In this document: one piece after another, positions 29,397-38,115 of the stretch
How the letters are laid out: the number at the start of each line of letters is the position of its first letter
How positions within the stretch are numbered: position 1 is the first letter of the stretch
Source of the DNA: Fidelibacterota bacterium
GTDB lineage: Bacteria; Fidelibacterota; Marinisomatia; Marinisomatales; JABMOV01
Reading direction: 5' to 3'
Assembly (NCBI GenBank): GCA_046861395.1
Contig: JBHHUC010000010.1
Coordinates: 1 to 53,147 of the forward strand
Length of the DNA: 53,147 bases
Notes under the pieces: generated by a model
What the model saw: the letters and a program-made list of their open reading frames with translations, nothing else
What the model was told of the DNA's origin: nothing
Database searches by the model: none
Program-made: the position numbers and the translations under genes

Positions 29397-30341
29397 ATGA
29401 TTCGTATCGAAAACCTCGTAAAGAATTACGGTGATGTCCTGGCCCTGAAATCAATCAGTTTTGACGTAAATGACGGCGAAATTGTGGGATTTTTAGGAGC
29501 CAATGGCGCAGGAAAGTCAACGACGCTGAAGATAATGACGAGTTATCTATCGCCGACCTCGGGAAATGTATATGTCAATGATAAAAATATACGTGACCAC
29601 TCCCTGGAAATTCGGAAGCAGATCGGTTATCTCCCGGAATCAAATCCATTGTATGGTGAAATGAATGTCTATGATTTATTGGAATTTGCCGCCCGGATTC
29701 GCGGCATTACCGGGAAAGATTTTCGCAAAGCCCTGAATCGGGTTGTGGATCAATGTGGCCTCCAAGGGGTCATTCACCGGCCGGTGTCTGCCTGTTCCAA
29801 AGGATATAAGCAGCGTATCGGACTGGCCATGGCTATGATTCATGATCCGAAAATTCTAATTCTGGACGAACCGGTTACAGGCCTGGATCCTAATCAGATT
29901 ATTGAAATCAGGGAACTCATTAAAGGAATCGGGCAACAGAAAGTCGTAATCATGTCCAGCCACATCCTGCAGGAAATAGAAGCTACCGTGGACAGGATTG
30001 TCATTATCGATGATGGTAAAATCGTTGCGGACGGGACCAGCCAGGAATTGATTGCCAATTTGAAGGGACGCACCCAATTAACACTGGAAATAAAAAATGT
30101 GTCGGATGAAAGTCTGCAGCAACTGCGAAACAAGCTGGCAGATGTGACGGTAGAGATTGGACCCCGGGACGGTGATGCTTTGACACTTTCATTGGAATAT
30201 GAACGCGGCCGCGATCCCCGGGAAGAAATATTCAAACATGCCGTCGCTTCGGACTGGGTTCTTCTTGAGATGAGCCGCCATAAAGTGCAACTGGAGGATG
30301 TATTCCGTTCCCTGACCCAAGAAGGAGGTTCCCATGCCTAA
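29397..30341 (+). CDS. ABC transporter ATP-binding protein, GldA-like
   Basis: GANGAGKST, SKGYKQR signature and ILILDEP. Start re-called to ATG 29397, behind a GGAGGG SD. Confidence 0.92.
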   Translation: MIRIENLVKNYGDVLALKSISFDVNDGEIVGFLGANGAGKSTTLKIMTSYLSPTSGNVYVNDKNIRDHSLEIRKQIGYLPESNPLYGEMNVYDLLEFAARIRGITGKDFRKALNRVVDQCGLQGVIHRPVSACSKGYKQRIGLAMAMIHDPKILILDEPVTGLDPNQIIEIRELIKGIGQQKVVIMSSHILQEIEATVDRIVIIDDGKIVADGTSQELIANLKGRTQLTLEIKNVSDESLQQLRNKLADVTVEIGPRDGDALTLSLEYERGRDPREEIFKHAVASDWVLLEMSRHKVQLEDVFRSLTQEGGSHA

Positions 30342-31047
30342 CACATTTACGATTTTCGGCAAAGAGGTCCGATCCTATTTCAACAGCCCCATGGCATACA
30401 TTTTTCTTATCTTCTTTGCCATATTTAATGGGTACTTTTTCACCAATACATTTTTCCTCATTAATCAATCCGATATGCGAGCCTTATTTAATATCGTTCC
30501 GCTGGTATATCTCTTTTTCATTCCGGTGATTACCATGGGACTCATTGCCCGGGAAAAGAATATCGGCACGATGGAAGTTATGGCTACCTTACCCATTAAG
30601 GATTGGGAATTTGTGCTGGGGAAATACCTGTCGGCCCTTACTTTAATCATCGTAGGATTGGGTTTTACTCTGGTACACTTTTTTACCCTCATGGCCGTTG
30701 GAACCAATATTGATTATGGTGCCGTGATCTGTGGGTATCTTGGGTTGCTTTTTGTCGGAGCCTTCTATGCCTCCATCGGAATCTTTGCCAGTAGTCTTAC
30801 CGAAAATCAGGTGGTGGCTTTCATTATCGGTGTTGTCATTGTTCTGATTTTCTTTCTCATGGACAAGCTGTTGCTCTTTGTCCCGCCCGGCCTTTCAGGT
30901 ATGATTCAATACCTCAGCGTGGAATATCACTTATCGAATATTTCCCGAGGTGTCATAGACAGCAGAAATCTGATCTATTTTGGGTCGATGATCTGGCTGT
31001 TCCTGACGTTGACGATCCGTATGGTTGAAACCCGGAAGTGGAGGTAA
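30334..31047 (+). CDS. ABC-2 type permease, GldF-like
   Basis: KEVRSYFNSPMAY, TMGLIAREK..GT.E, SSLTENQVVA and RGVIDSR; 6 TM. Confidence 0.9.
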   Translation: MPNTFTIFGKEVRSYFNSPMAYIFLIFFAIFNGYFFTNTFFLINQSDMRALFNIVPLVYLFFIPVITMGLIAREKNIGTMEVMATLPIKDWEFVLGKYLSALTLIIVGLGFTLVHFFTLMAVGTNIDYGAVICGYLGLLFVGAFYASIGIFASSLTENQVVAFIIGVVIVLIFFLMDKLLLFVPPGLSGMIQYLSVEYHLSNISRGVIDSRNLIYFGSMIWLFLTLTIRMVETRKWR

Positions 31048-31050
31048 GTC

Positions 31051-32544
31051 ATGCCAGTAATGAATAAAAAAACATTTACGATTTACATAATTATTGTCCT
31101 GCTCGCCGTTTTTCTAGCGAATCTGATTGCCCGGAACGTCTTTTTCCGGCTGGATTTCACCGATAATAAAATGTATTCCTTATCCAGCTCCAGCAAAGCT
31201 ATACTGAATAAGATTGATGATTTGCTGACGGTCAAGGTGTATTTCTCCGAGAATCTGCCGGGTGAATACGGCAATAATGAGCGCTATTTACAGGATATTC
31301 TAGAAGAATATTCCGCTTATTCCGACGGAAAATTGCGGTTCGAATTTTTCCGGCCCGAAAATGACGAAGATCTGACTCAGGAAGCGCAAAAATACGGTAT
31401 CCAGCCGGTCCAGTTGCAGGTTGTAGAAAATGACAAACTGGAGATTAAACGCGTTCACATGGGCTTGGTCATGTTGTATGAAGATAAACGGGAAACCATT
31501 CCCATTATCCAGACAACTACCGGACTGGAATACGACATATCGACCAAGATAAAAAAACTGGTTGATCCGGAACGTACCATCATTGCCATTGCATCCTCTG
31601 AAAACCAGGCGGTTGAGAATCAGTCCATTACAGGGTTGTTGCGGGAAGCCTACGAAGTACGGAATATCAAATTAAACCAGGCCATACCTGCTACTATTAA
31701 AATGGTGTTAATGAACGGAGTCACCGATTCACTGACTCAGGAAGAATATAACAACCTTCACATTTATCTGGAAGGTGGAGGAAATCTTCTGCTGGCCCAG
31801 TCCCGCATTGCAGCTGACCTTCGTTCACAACAGGGAACACCGATCAAATCAAACATATTCGATATTCCGGCTGAATATGGTCTGAACGTCGCTGAGAATC
31901 TGGTCCTGGATAAATACTGCGGCGCCATTACCATTCAACAACGAACCGGAATTTTTTCCTTCAACACAGCAATGGAGTATCAATTCTTTCCTCTGATCCA
32001 GCACTTCAATGATCATCCCATTGTTTCCGGGTTGGAACAGGTTCGCTTATTCTTTAGCAGCGAAATCATCCCCGATTCGACGGCTCAGTATACACCCCTT
32101 ATGTATACGTCGGACAAATCGGGGATCATGACCGGATATTATAACTTGAACCCAATTGACAATCCTTTGCTGAAGAATCTTGACCAGGAAGGAAAACTGG
32201 TTGGAGCCTATGCTTCAGCTTCGCTGGGAGAGGGGTCCATCGTTAGTCAACTAATCCTGATCACCGATTCCGATCTTCTCTCTGATAACGGCGGAGGACG
32301 GGTTCCGGAAAATGCTGTGTTTGTCATGAACGCCGTGGATTATCTTGTGGGTGACAGTGAAATGGTTGCATTACGTTCCCGTGAAATCACTACGCGGCCG
32401 CTGGAGGAGATTAATGACAGCAGCAAGGCCCGCTGGAAATGGATTAATATCCTTTTGCCAGCCATCCTGGTTATCGGAGTGGGATTGATCCATTGGCAAC
32501 GGGAAGCAAAACGAACCAAACAATTGGAGGAGCTCTATGACTAA
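31051..32544 (+). CDS. GldG-family ABC transporter auxiliary protein
   Basis: RLDFTDNKMYSLSSSS, LEYDIS..I, NAVDYL and LRSR motifs; N- and C-terminal TM anchors. Confidence 0.9.
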   Translation: MPVMNKKTFTIYIIIVLLAVFLANLIARNVFFRLDFTDNKMYSLSSSSKAILNKIDDLLTVKVYFSENLPGEYGNNERYLQDILEEYSAYSDGKLRFEFFRPENDEDLTQEAQKYGIQPVQLQVVENDKLEIKRVHMGLVMLYEDKRETIPIIQTTTGLEYDISTKIKKLVDPERTIIAIASSENQAVENQSITGLLREAYEVRNIKLNQAIPATIKMVLMNGVTDSLTQEEYNNLHIYLEGGGNLLLAQSRIAADLRSQQGTPIKSNIFDIPAEYGLNVAENLVLDKYCGAITIQQRTGIFSFNTAMEYQFFPLIQHFNDHPIVSGLEQVRLFFSSEIIPDSTAQYTPLMYTSDKSGIMTGYYNLNPIDNPLLKNLDQEGKLVGAYASASLGEGSIVSQLILITDSDLLSDNGGGRVPENAVFVMNAVDYLVGDSEMVALRSREITTRPLEEINDSSKARWKWINILLPAILVIGVGLIHWQREAKRTKQLEELYD

Positions 32545-33100
32545 GGAATTGAAATGGGTATCCATTGTACTGGCCGTTTTATTGGCAGGATGGTTTATCA
32601 ATCTCCAGTTACAACAGCGATATGTGACAAAATCCGGTCCCATTTTTCCATTGGAAAAAGATGATATCTGGGGTATTGTTATTTCAAAGGGCGACGAATC
32701 CCTTAAATTACTCAAGTCCGGGGATACTTGGATGATAGATCAGGTTGATTCCCTGACCATGCGTTCCCAGCGAATCGATAATTTCTTCAATAAGATTCTG
32801 GCCGTAAAAAAAGAGACCCTCGTGTCAACCAACCCCAATAAATGGGATACCTTCAATGTGAGTGATTCCCTTGGCACACGTCTGTCCTTGCTGGATAGAA
32901 ACATGGAATCGGTCGGTGATGCCATCTTTGGGCGTTCAAAAACCGACTGGAGCCACAACTATGTCCGGTTTCCGGAACAGGAAAATGTGTACCTGACAGA
33001 CCAGAATGTAATTTATGTCCTGAATCTGAAAGCAGACTACTGGGGTGAAAAGCCCAAGCCTCCGGAACCTGATACAACCCAGGTTAATACCGAACCATAA
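32537..33100 (+). CDS. DUF4340-like membrane-anchored periplasmic protein
   Basis: N-terminal TM, L.K.G..W, and G......YVR......VY pattern; usual fourth gene of GldAFG operons. Confidence 0.7.
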   Translation: MTKELKWVSIVLAVLLAGWFINLQLQQRYVTKSGPIFPLEKDDIWGIVISKGDESLKLLKSGDTWMIDQVDSLTMRSQRIDNFFNKILAVKKETLVSTNPNKWDTFNVSDSLGTRLSLLDRNMESVGDAIFGRSKTDWSHNYVRFPEQENVYLTDQNVIYVLNLKADYWGEKPKPPEPDTTQVNTEP

Positions 33101-33102
33101 TG

Positions 33103-33128
33103 AAAAAGCCCGGAATTTCCGGGCTTTT
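33103..33128. terminator. Bidirectional intrinsic terminator between the converging gld-like operon and kdsD
   Basis: AAAAAGCCCGGAA-T-TTCCGGGCTTTT inverted repeat with A and T tails on either side. Confidence 0.9.
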
Positions 33129-34123
33129 CAGTCAATGCGCGTTTGATATATATCGTGCAATCGGATTAACCCTTTGCAGGTTGAATCTTCACGCTTGATG
33201 ACCGGCAGAACCGAGATCTGGGATTCACGTTCTTCCATCAGGGCGATCGCTTCCTGCAAGCGGGCATTGGCAGAAATGGTAATGGGATTCGTGGTCATGA
33301 TATTCCGCGCCAGAATTTTTGACGTATCTTCATTTTCCGTCACACATCGGCGAATATCCCCTTCCGTAATGATTCCCATAAACTGGCCTTCATTTGTCAC
33401 AACAATGGCGGCACCCAGCGGATGTTCTGTCATGGCACCAACCACCCGTTGAAAATCCGATTCAGGGTGGACAACGGCAATACGTGTCATTGGATGCATA
33501 ACATCACAGACCTGAATTTTCAGCCGCTTACCCAGATCGCCACCGGGATGAAAGCGAGCAAAATCATCATGATCAAACTCCCGGGCTTTCATTAATACGG
33601 CGGCCAGGGCATCCCCGATGGCCATGGTAAGTGTCGTGCTGGACGTGGGAACGATTCCCAGCGGATCGGCTTCTTTTTCCACCGAAGCATCGATCATGAC
33701 ATCGACTTTATCGGCTATAGCCGATGCAGGATTTCCAAGAATCCCGATCAAGGGTGACGAGAATTGTTTTAAAAACGGTATGAGTCGCAATAATTCTCCG
33801 GTGGAACCGCTTTTACTGATGAGAATTGTCGGATCCCCAGGCTTGTAAATGCCCAGGTCACCATGCACCGCTTCGGCGGCATGCATAAAGACTGAACGTG
33901 TTCCGGTACTGCATAATGTGGCCACAATTTTTTGGCCGATGAGCCCGGATTTTCCTATCCCGCATACCACGATCTTTCCGGTATGATTCAAGATAATATC
34001 AGCCGCTTTAATCACATCATGATCAATGCGCTCCGAAGCCAACATCAACTCATTCGCTTCCAGACGAATAAGATCGCGGGCAATACCTTTTAGGTCGTCA
34101 ACCGTATTCTCATGTTCATTCAT
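33128..34123 (-). CDS. kdsD: Arabinose-5-phosphate isomerase (KpsF/GutQ family, SIS + 2 CBS)
   Basis: GIGKSG, EAVHGDLG, SKSGST.E, PTSST, GDALA and FHPGG.LG; C-terminal CBS pair. Confidence 0.93.
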   Translation of the reverse strand: MNEHENTVDDLKGIARDLIRLEANELMLASERIDHDVIKAADIILNHTGKIVVCGIGKSGLIGQKIVATLCSTGTRSVFMHAAEAVHGDLGIYKPGDPTILISKSGSTGELLRLIPFLKQFSSPLIGILGNPASAIADKVDVMIDASVEKEADPLGIVPTSSTTLTMAIGDALAAVLMKAREFDHDDFARFHPGGDLGKRLKIQVCDVMHPMTRIAVVHPESDFQRVVGAMTEHPLGAAIVVTNEGQFMGIITEGDIRRCVTENEDTSKILARNIMTTNPITISANARLQEAIALMEERESQISVLPVIKREDSTCKGLIRLHDIYQTRID

Positions 34124-34183
34124 ATTTAAACTTATTCCTAAAGTTAAGATTTACAAAACAGTAAAACGTATTATTCCATTCTC

Positions 34184-34849
34184 TTATCGTTCGATGGGGA
34201 ATTGACCGTTCTGCCAGCCCCGGATTCCGCTTCGTAAATTAAAGACATGACGGAAACCGGCATCGATCAGAATTTTTGAAGCCACCGTACTGCGATTCCC
34301 GGAGCGACAATAAACCAGAATATCCTGATCCTTATTGTCCGCTATTTCATCAAGTCGTTCCTGGAGGAATTGTACAGGAATGAGGTTGGCATTGGACAAA
34401 TGACCGGAGGCGTATTCGCGTGGTGTTCTCACATCGAGAATAAACGGAGATTTTTCCTGAATGAATTGCCATGATTCGGCGGCCGACAATTCCGTATAAT
34501 AGCCTTCCTCATAATTTAAAACCTTGATGCGGCCGGGATGATCGTTAATCCTCAGTTTATAATTTCCAGCTCTTTTCAGCTTGATATAGGGATCAATATT
34601 GACATCACCGGTAAAGGATTGTTCAATATCGAGGGCCGGAATAACGATATGGATTTTGTCAGCTTTACCGGAATTCACGAATTTGACATAATCACCCCGG
34701 TATACAGTGAACTTTACATTTTCCATCGTAGCAGGAACCGTTAATACCCGGTATCCCTTGTAAATTTCCCCTGAAACTTCGTTCGTTGTCTGACTGGTCG
34801 TACAGGAGACAACAATCAAAAGGAAGAACAGAATATCAATTCTTCTCAT
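34184..34849 (-). CDS. Lipoprotein with a cupredoxin-like N-domain and a C-terminal rhodanese domain
   Basis: Start re-called to ATG 34849 (ATGA overlap with the upstream gene); lipobox VVSC; rhodanese LDVRT..EY..GHL, YCRSGNRS and L.SGI.GW. Confidence 0.82.
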   Translation of the reverse strand: MRRIDILFFLLIVVSCTTSQTTNEVSGEIYKGYRVLTVPATMENVKFTVYRGDYVKFVNSGKADKIHIVIPALDIEQSFTGDVNIDPYIKLKRAGNYKLRINDHPGRIKVLNYEEGYYTELSAAESWQFIQEKSPFILDVRTPREYASGHLSNANLIPVQFLQERLDEIADNKDQDILVYCRSGNRSTVASKILIDAGFRHVFNLRSGIRGWQNGQFPIER

Positions 34850-35190
34850 AACGATCCTTTGGGTTGTATAGGCTGATTCAGCATGCGCCACATCATGATG
34901 CCTCCTTTGAGATTCTTTGCCTTGTAGCCCCAATCAATCAGCCATTTCACTGCGTGATATGACCGGCTACCGGTTGCACAATATACAATTATTTGATTGT
35001 CCCTGGCCGCATGTAATTCATTTTCTCTGGCCGATAACAGACCCAGCGAGATCAGGGCTGAGCCGGGAATATTAGCTTGGTTGTGTTCGTAAACTGCTCT
35101 CACGTCCAACCACAACACATATTCTTTATGCAAATATTGAATGGCTTCTGCGACACTAAGCTCGGGGATAGAATATCGTCTTCGAAACAT
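34846..35190 (-). CDS. Single-domain rhodanese (sulfurtransferase)
   Basis: LDVR..E...IPGS, YCATGSRS and NLKGGI..W; AAGGAG SD. Confidence 0.88.
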   Translation of the reverse strand: MFRRRYSIPELSVAEAIQYLHKEYVLWLDVRAVYEHNQANIPGSALISLGLLSARENELHAARDNQIIVYCATGSRSYHAVKWLIDWGYKAKNLKGGIMMWRMLNQPIQPKGSL

Positions 35191-35403
35191 ATCACTCCTT
35201 GTGTATAGACCTATGAGATGCGATTGTGCTCAAAGTGTTACACATTATCCCACCTGACGCGATAAGTCTTGCATCCTGAACGAAGGATGAAAAGGTTGCC
35301 AGGAATTCATTTCTCTCCCAGAATACAATTGAATATGGGAAATGTACCGTTTACCTTTTATATTTTTACATATCCCTGTAACTTTCAACCCGATTTTAGT
35401 CCT

Positions 35404-36231
35404 ATGGCCGAATTTTACAAAGAATTAAAAACATTACGCGAAAGCCAGAATATCGATCTGGCTGAGATTCAGAACCGGACCAAGATTCATCATCGCTTTC
35501 TGGAAGCATTCGAATCCGGTGATTTTTCGGTTTTGCCCAACACTTATGTCCGATTGTTTTTACGGGCCTATGTCACTGAAATCGGAGGTGATCCGCAGGA
35601 AGCCCTTACTCAACTGGAGCATTACCTGGGACGTTCCTCTGATAAGAGTCAAAGCGGAGTGACTAAAACAGAAACAAACCTCAGTCATGAAAAAAAAGCG
35701 GTGGACGCATCACCGATAAAGAAACCGGTGTCCTTCCAGCAATACCGTGCCAATATCATTAAAGGTGCCGCTTTACTAGCCATCTGGATTTTTGCCTTGA
35801 TTATCATTCAAAAAGTCGTAAAAAATCAGGATGTCCAACCAGTCGCCATGACGGGTCCATTTCAAAACAGTGACATTGAGGTTATAAACGAAGACAAGAT
35901 ATTATCGGATTATGTGGCAGCTTCGGTAGATAAAGAAGTATTGAACATTGCCCGTCCCTTATCCATTAAAATTATTTCGACCGAATTGAATGCCTATGTC
36001 GTGAAGTCTGATTCCCTGACGTCACAGGACATTTTCATTCCGGCCGGAGATAATCGCAGCTATACCTTTGAGAACAACATCGACCTGCTTTTTAACCACT
36101 CACATGGTCTAAATGTATATATTAATGGAGATATTATCCGAAAAATCACCCCCCAGAATGATCCCGTGAGAGTATCATTGACATCTAATCCCATGAATCT
36201 CACCGTCATTCATTACACACCTATCCAGTAA
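35404..36231 (+). CDS. rodZ: RodZ-like cell-shape protein (HTH_25 - TM - DUF4115-like)
   Basis: LKTLRESQNIDL..I...TKI...FLEAFESGDFSVLP.TYVRLFLRAY HTH, one TM and a beta-rich C-terminus. Start re-called to ATG 35404. Confidence 0.78.
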   Translation: MAEFYKELKTLRESQNIDLAEIQNRTKIHHRFLEAFESGDFSVLPNTYVRLFLRAYVTEIGGDPQEALTQLEHYLGRSSDKSQSGVTKTETNLSHEKKAVDASPIKKPVSFQQYRANIIKGAALLAIWIFALIIIQKVVKNQDVQPVAMTGPFQNSDIEVINEDKILSDYVAASVDKEVLNIARPLSIKIISTELNAYVVKSDSLTSQDIFIPAGDNRSYTFENNIDLLFNHSHGLNVYINGDIIRKITPQNDPVRVSLTSNPMNLTVIHYTPIQ

Positions 36232-36350
36232 CACTCCACCTCATTTCCCTCCGGGTTATTGTCCCGGTATTTTCCGACCTTTTACTCATTGCAGATGTTG
36301 TTTGACGTCCATCCAATGTTAAAATAATCAAAAAAGATTATAAAAAATAA

Positions 36351-36398
36351 TTGCATTATTTGGGTGAATTGTGTTACGTTGTGGGTAGTTGTGGGTAA
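36351..36398 (+). promoter_or_regulatory. dcw promoter with MraZ-binding direct repeats
   Basis: TTGCAT-N18-TACGTT with a TGn extension; 10-bp-phased repeats TTTGGGTGAA / TTGTGTTACG / TTGTGGGTAG / TTGTGGGTAA (36359-36398) match the GTGGG-N5 MraZ box. Confidence 0.8.
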
Positions 36399-36422
36399 TT
36401 ATCCCTTATTAATACCAGTTGC

Positions 36423-36890
36423 ATGACAAATAGCGAAAACACATTCACAGGCGAATTCGCCTATTCAATCGACACCAAGGGTCGGGTAAATATTCCGGCA
36501 AAATTCCGCGCATCCCTCTCTGTGGATAATGACCGAACTTTTGTAATTACAAAAGGTTTGGACCCTTGTGTGTATGCTTATCCCCTTTCCATCTGGCAGC
36601 AGCAAATCGAAAGCGCACTCCGCAGTTTATCATCTCTCAGCATGGTAAACAGACATTTCATCCGCGGAATTGTGCGTTACGCATCCACCGTTACCTATGA
36701 TAAGCAGGGACGAATTCAGCTGACACCAATACTAATTGAGCATGCCCAGCTGGAGAAGGACGTATTAATCATTGGGATGGTCAATAAAATTGAAATCTGG
36801 AACCCGCAACAACTGCAGGCTTTTGAAGCACGTGCAGAAGAATTGGATCAAAACGATTATAATGCCCTGGCTGAAAAAATTACTTTATGA
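36423..36890 (+). CDS. mraZ: Division/cell wall cluster transcriptional repressor MraZ
   Basis: Two DxKGR/DKQGR repeats and IEIW; first gene of dcw. Confidence 0.97.
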   Translation: MTNSENTFTGEFAYSIDTKGRVNIPAKFRASLSVDNDRTFVITKGLDPCVYAYPLSIWQQQIESALRSLSSLSMVNRHFIRGIVRYASTVTYDKQGRIQLTPILIEHAQLEKDVLIIGMVNKIEIWNPQQLQAFEARAEELDQNDYNALAEKITL

Positions 36891-37780
36891 CCGCGACACA
36901 TCAAGATGGATATCCCATTCATCAACCGGTCATGGTTTCGGAAGTACTATCGTTTCTCAACATTCTCTCTGACGGCGTCTATATTGATTGTACCGTCGGA
37001 TTAGGAGGGCACGCCAGCCATATTCTCACCAGCCTTTCAAATGGAAGGCTGGTGGGAATCGATCGCGATGAAGAGGCACTGGAATACTGCCGTTCATTTC
37101 TTCCCGCCTCTTCGCCGGTCACATTGATTCACCATTCCTACGCCAAACTGCCGGAGATTCTGGCCCAACTCAAGATTGCCCAGGTGGACGGTATTCTTAT
37201 TGATCTGGGTCTTTCATCATTTCAACTGAATAACAGTGACCGGGGATTCTCTTTTCGAAGCGACGGGCCGCTGGACATGCGTTTCAATCCCGAAACCGAC
37301 AGCCTTACCGCGGCGCAACTTATTTCCCGTACCTCCGAATCCGACCTGGCTGATATCATTTATCGTTATGGTGAGGAACGTAACAGCCGCCGGATTGCCC
37401 GCTCAATCAAACGTGCGCCCCGCATGGAAACCACATCCGATTTGAATGAAGCCATCCGGACGTCCACTCCCCCAGCCCATCGTCACAAGACCCAGGCCCG
37501 GGTCTATCAGGCCCTACGCATTGCCGTAAACAACGAGCTGGAAGAGCTGGAAACATTTCTGAATATTTTCCCTCCCTTCCTAACCATTAATGGCAGAATT
37601 GTAATTCTCAGTTTTCATTCCCTTGAAGATCGTCTGGTAAAACACAGGTTTCGCAACCTGGCAAAGGAAGGTTACGGTAAAATTCTGACCCGAAAACCAG
37701 TTCAGCCGTCAGCGGAAGAAATCGAAAATAATCCACGATCCAGGTCTACCAAACTGCGATCATTAAGGCGGATTGCATAA
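36887..37780 (+). CDS. rsmH: 16S rRNA m4C1402 methyltransferase
   Basis: HQPVM, DCTVGLGGH, DLGLSSFQL, PLDMR, QALRIAVN and SFHSLEDR. Confidence 0.98.
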   Translation: MTATHQDGYPIHQPVMVSEVLSFLNILSDGVYIDCTVGLGGHASHILTSLSNGRLVGIDRDEEALEYCRSFLPASSPVTLIHHSYAKLPEILAQLKIAQVDGILIDLGLSSFQLNNSDRGFSFRSDGPLDMRFNPETDSLTAAQLISRTSESDLADIIYRYGEERNSRRIARSIKRAPRMETTSDLNEAIRTSTPPAHRHKTQARVYQALRIAVNNELEELETFLNIFPPFLTINGRIVILSFHSLEDRLVKHRFRNLAKEGYGKILTRKPVQPSAEEIENNPRSRSTKLRSLRRIA

Positions 37781-38115
37781 TGACCATTAAAATAGTGAAA
37801 CGGCGCAGCAGGAAACAGAAGGAATTCATCAATACAATAGTGTTTTTCCTGGTTACGGTTCTCTCCATTGGCGGCGTCATTGCCTATCTCTGGATCTATA
37901 CCGCAGTGGATGAAACGCTCTATGCCATTGAAATCCAGCAATCAACTCTGGGAGAAATCCAGAATGATATTATTGAACTAACCAGTGAAATTGAATATTT
38001 GAAACGGCCGGATATTGTGGCTGACCGTGCCGCCAGAGAATTAGGGATGGTGCCCGCTCAACCCGAATCCCTGACCATTGAGTTACCTGCGTTTATGGCG
38101 GAGATTCATGACTAA
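37780..38115 (+). CDS. ftsL: Cell division protein FtsL-like
   Basis: Basic N-terminus, one TM, coiled coil ending ARELGM; sits between rsmH and ftsI. Confidence 0.8.
   Translation: MTIKIVKRRSRKQKEFINTIVFFLVTVLSIGGVIAYLWIYTAVDETLYAIEIQQSTLGEIQNDIIELTSEIEYLKRPDIVADRAARELGMVPAQPESLTIELPAFMAEIHD

Noticed and set aside
35191..35403. Divergent intergenic region with a small hairpin (CATCCT-N6-AGGATG) and TGTG...CACA-like sequence
   Set aside because: The stem is short and the spacing does not fit CRP/FNR/Rex boxes; no riboswitch consensus recognised.
36250..36275. Weak hairpin CCGGG-N7-CCCGG after the rodZ-like gene
   Set aside because: Only a 5-bp stem with an interrupted U-tract; too weak to call a terminator.
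36359..36398. Short tandem repeats as a possible CRISPR or VNTR
   Set aside because: 10-bp period with no spacers, directly upstream of mraZ; explained as MraZ boxes.
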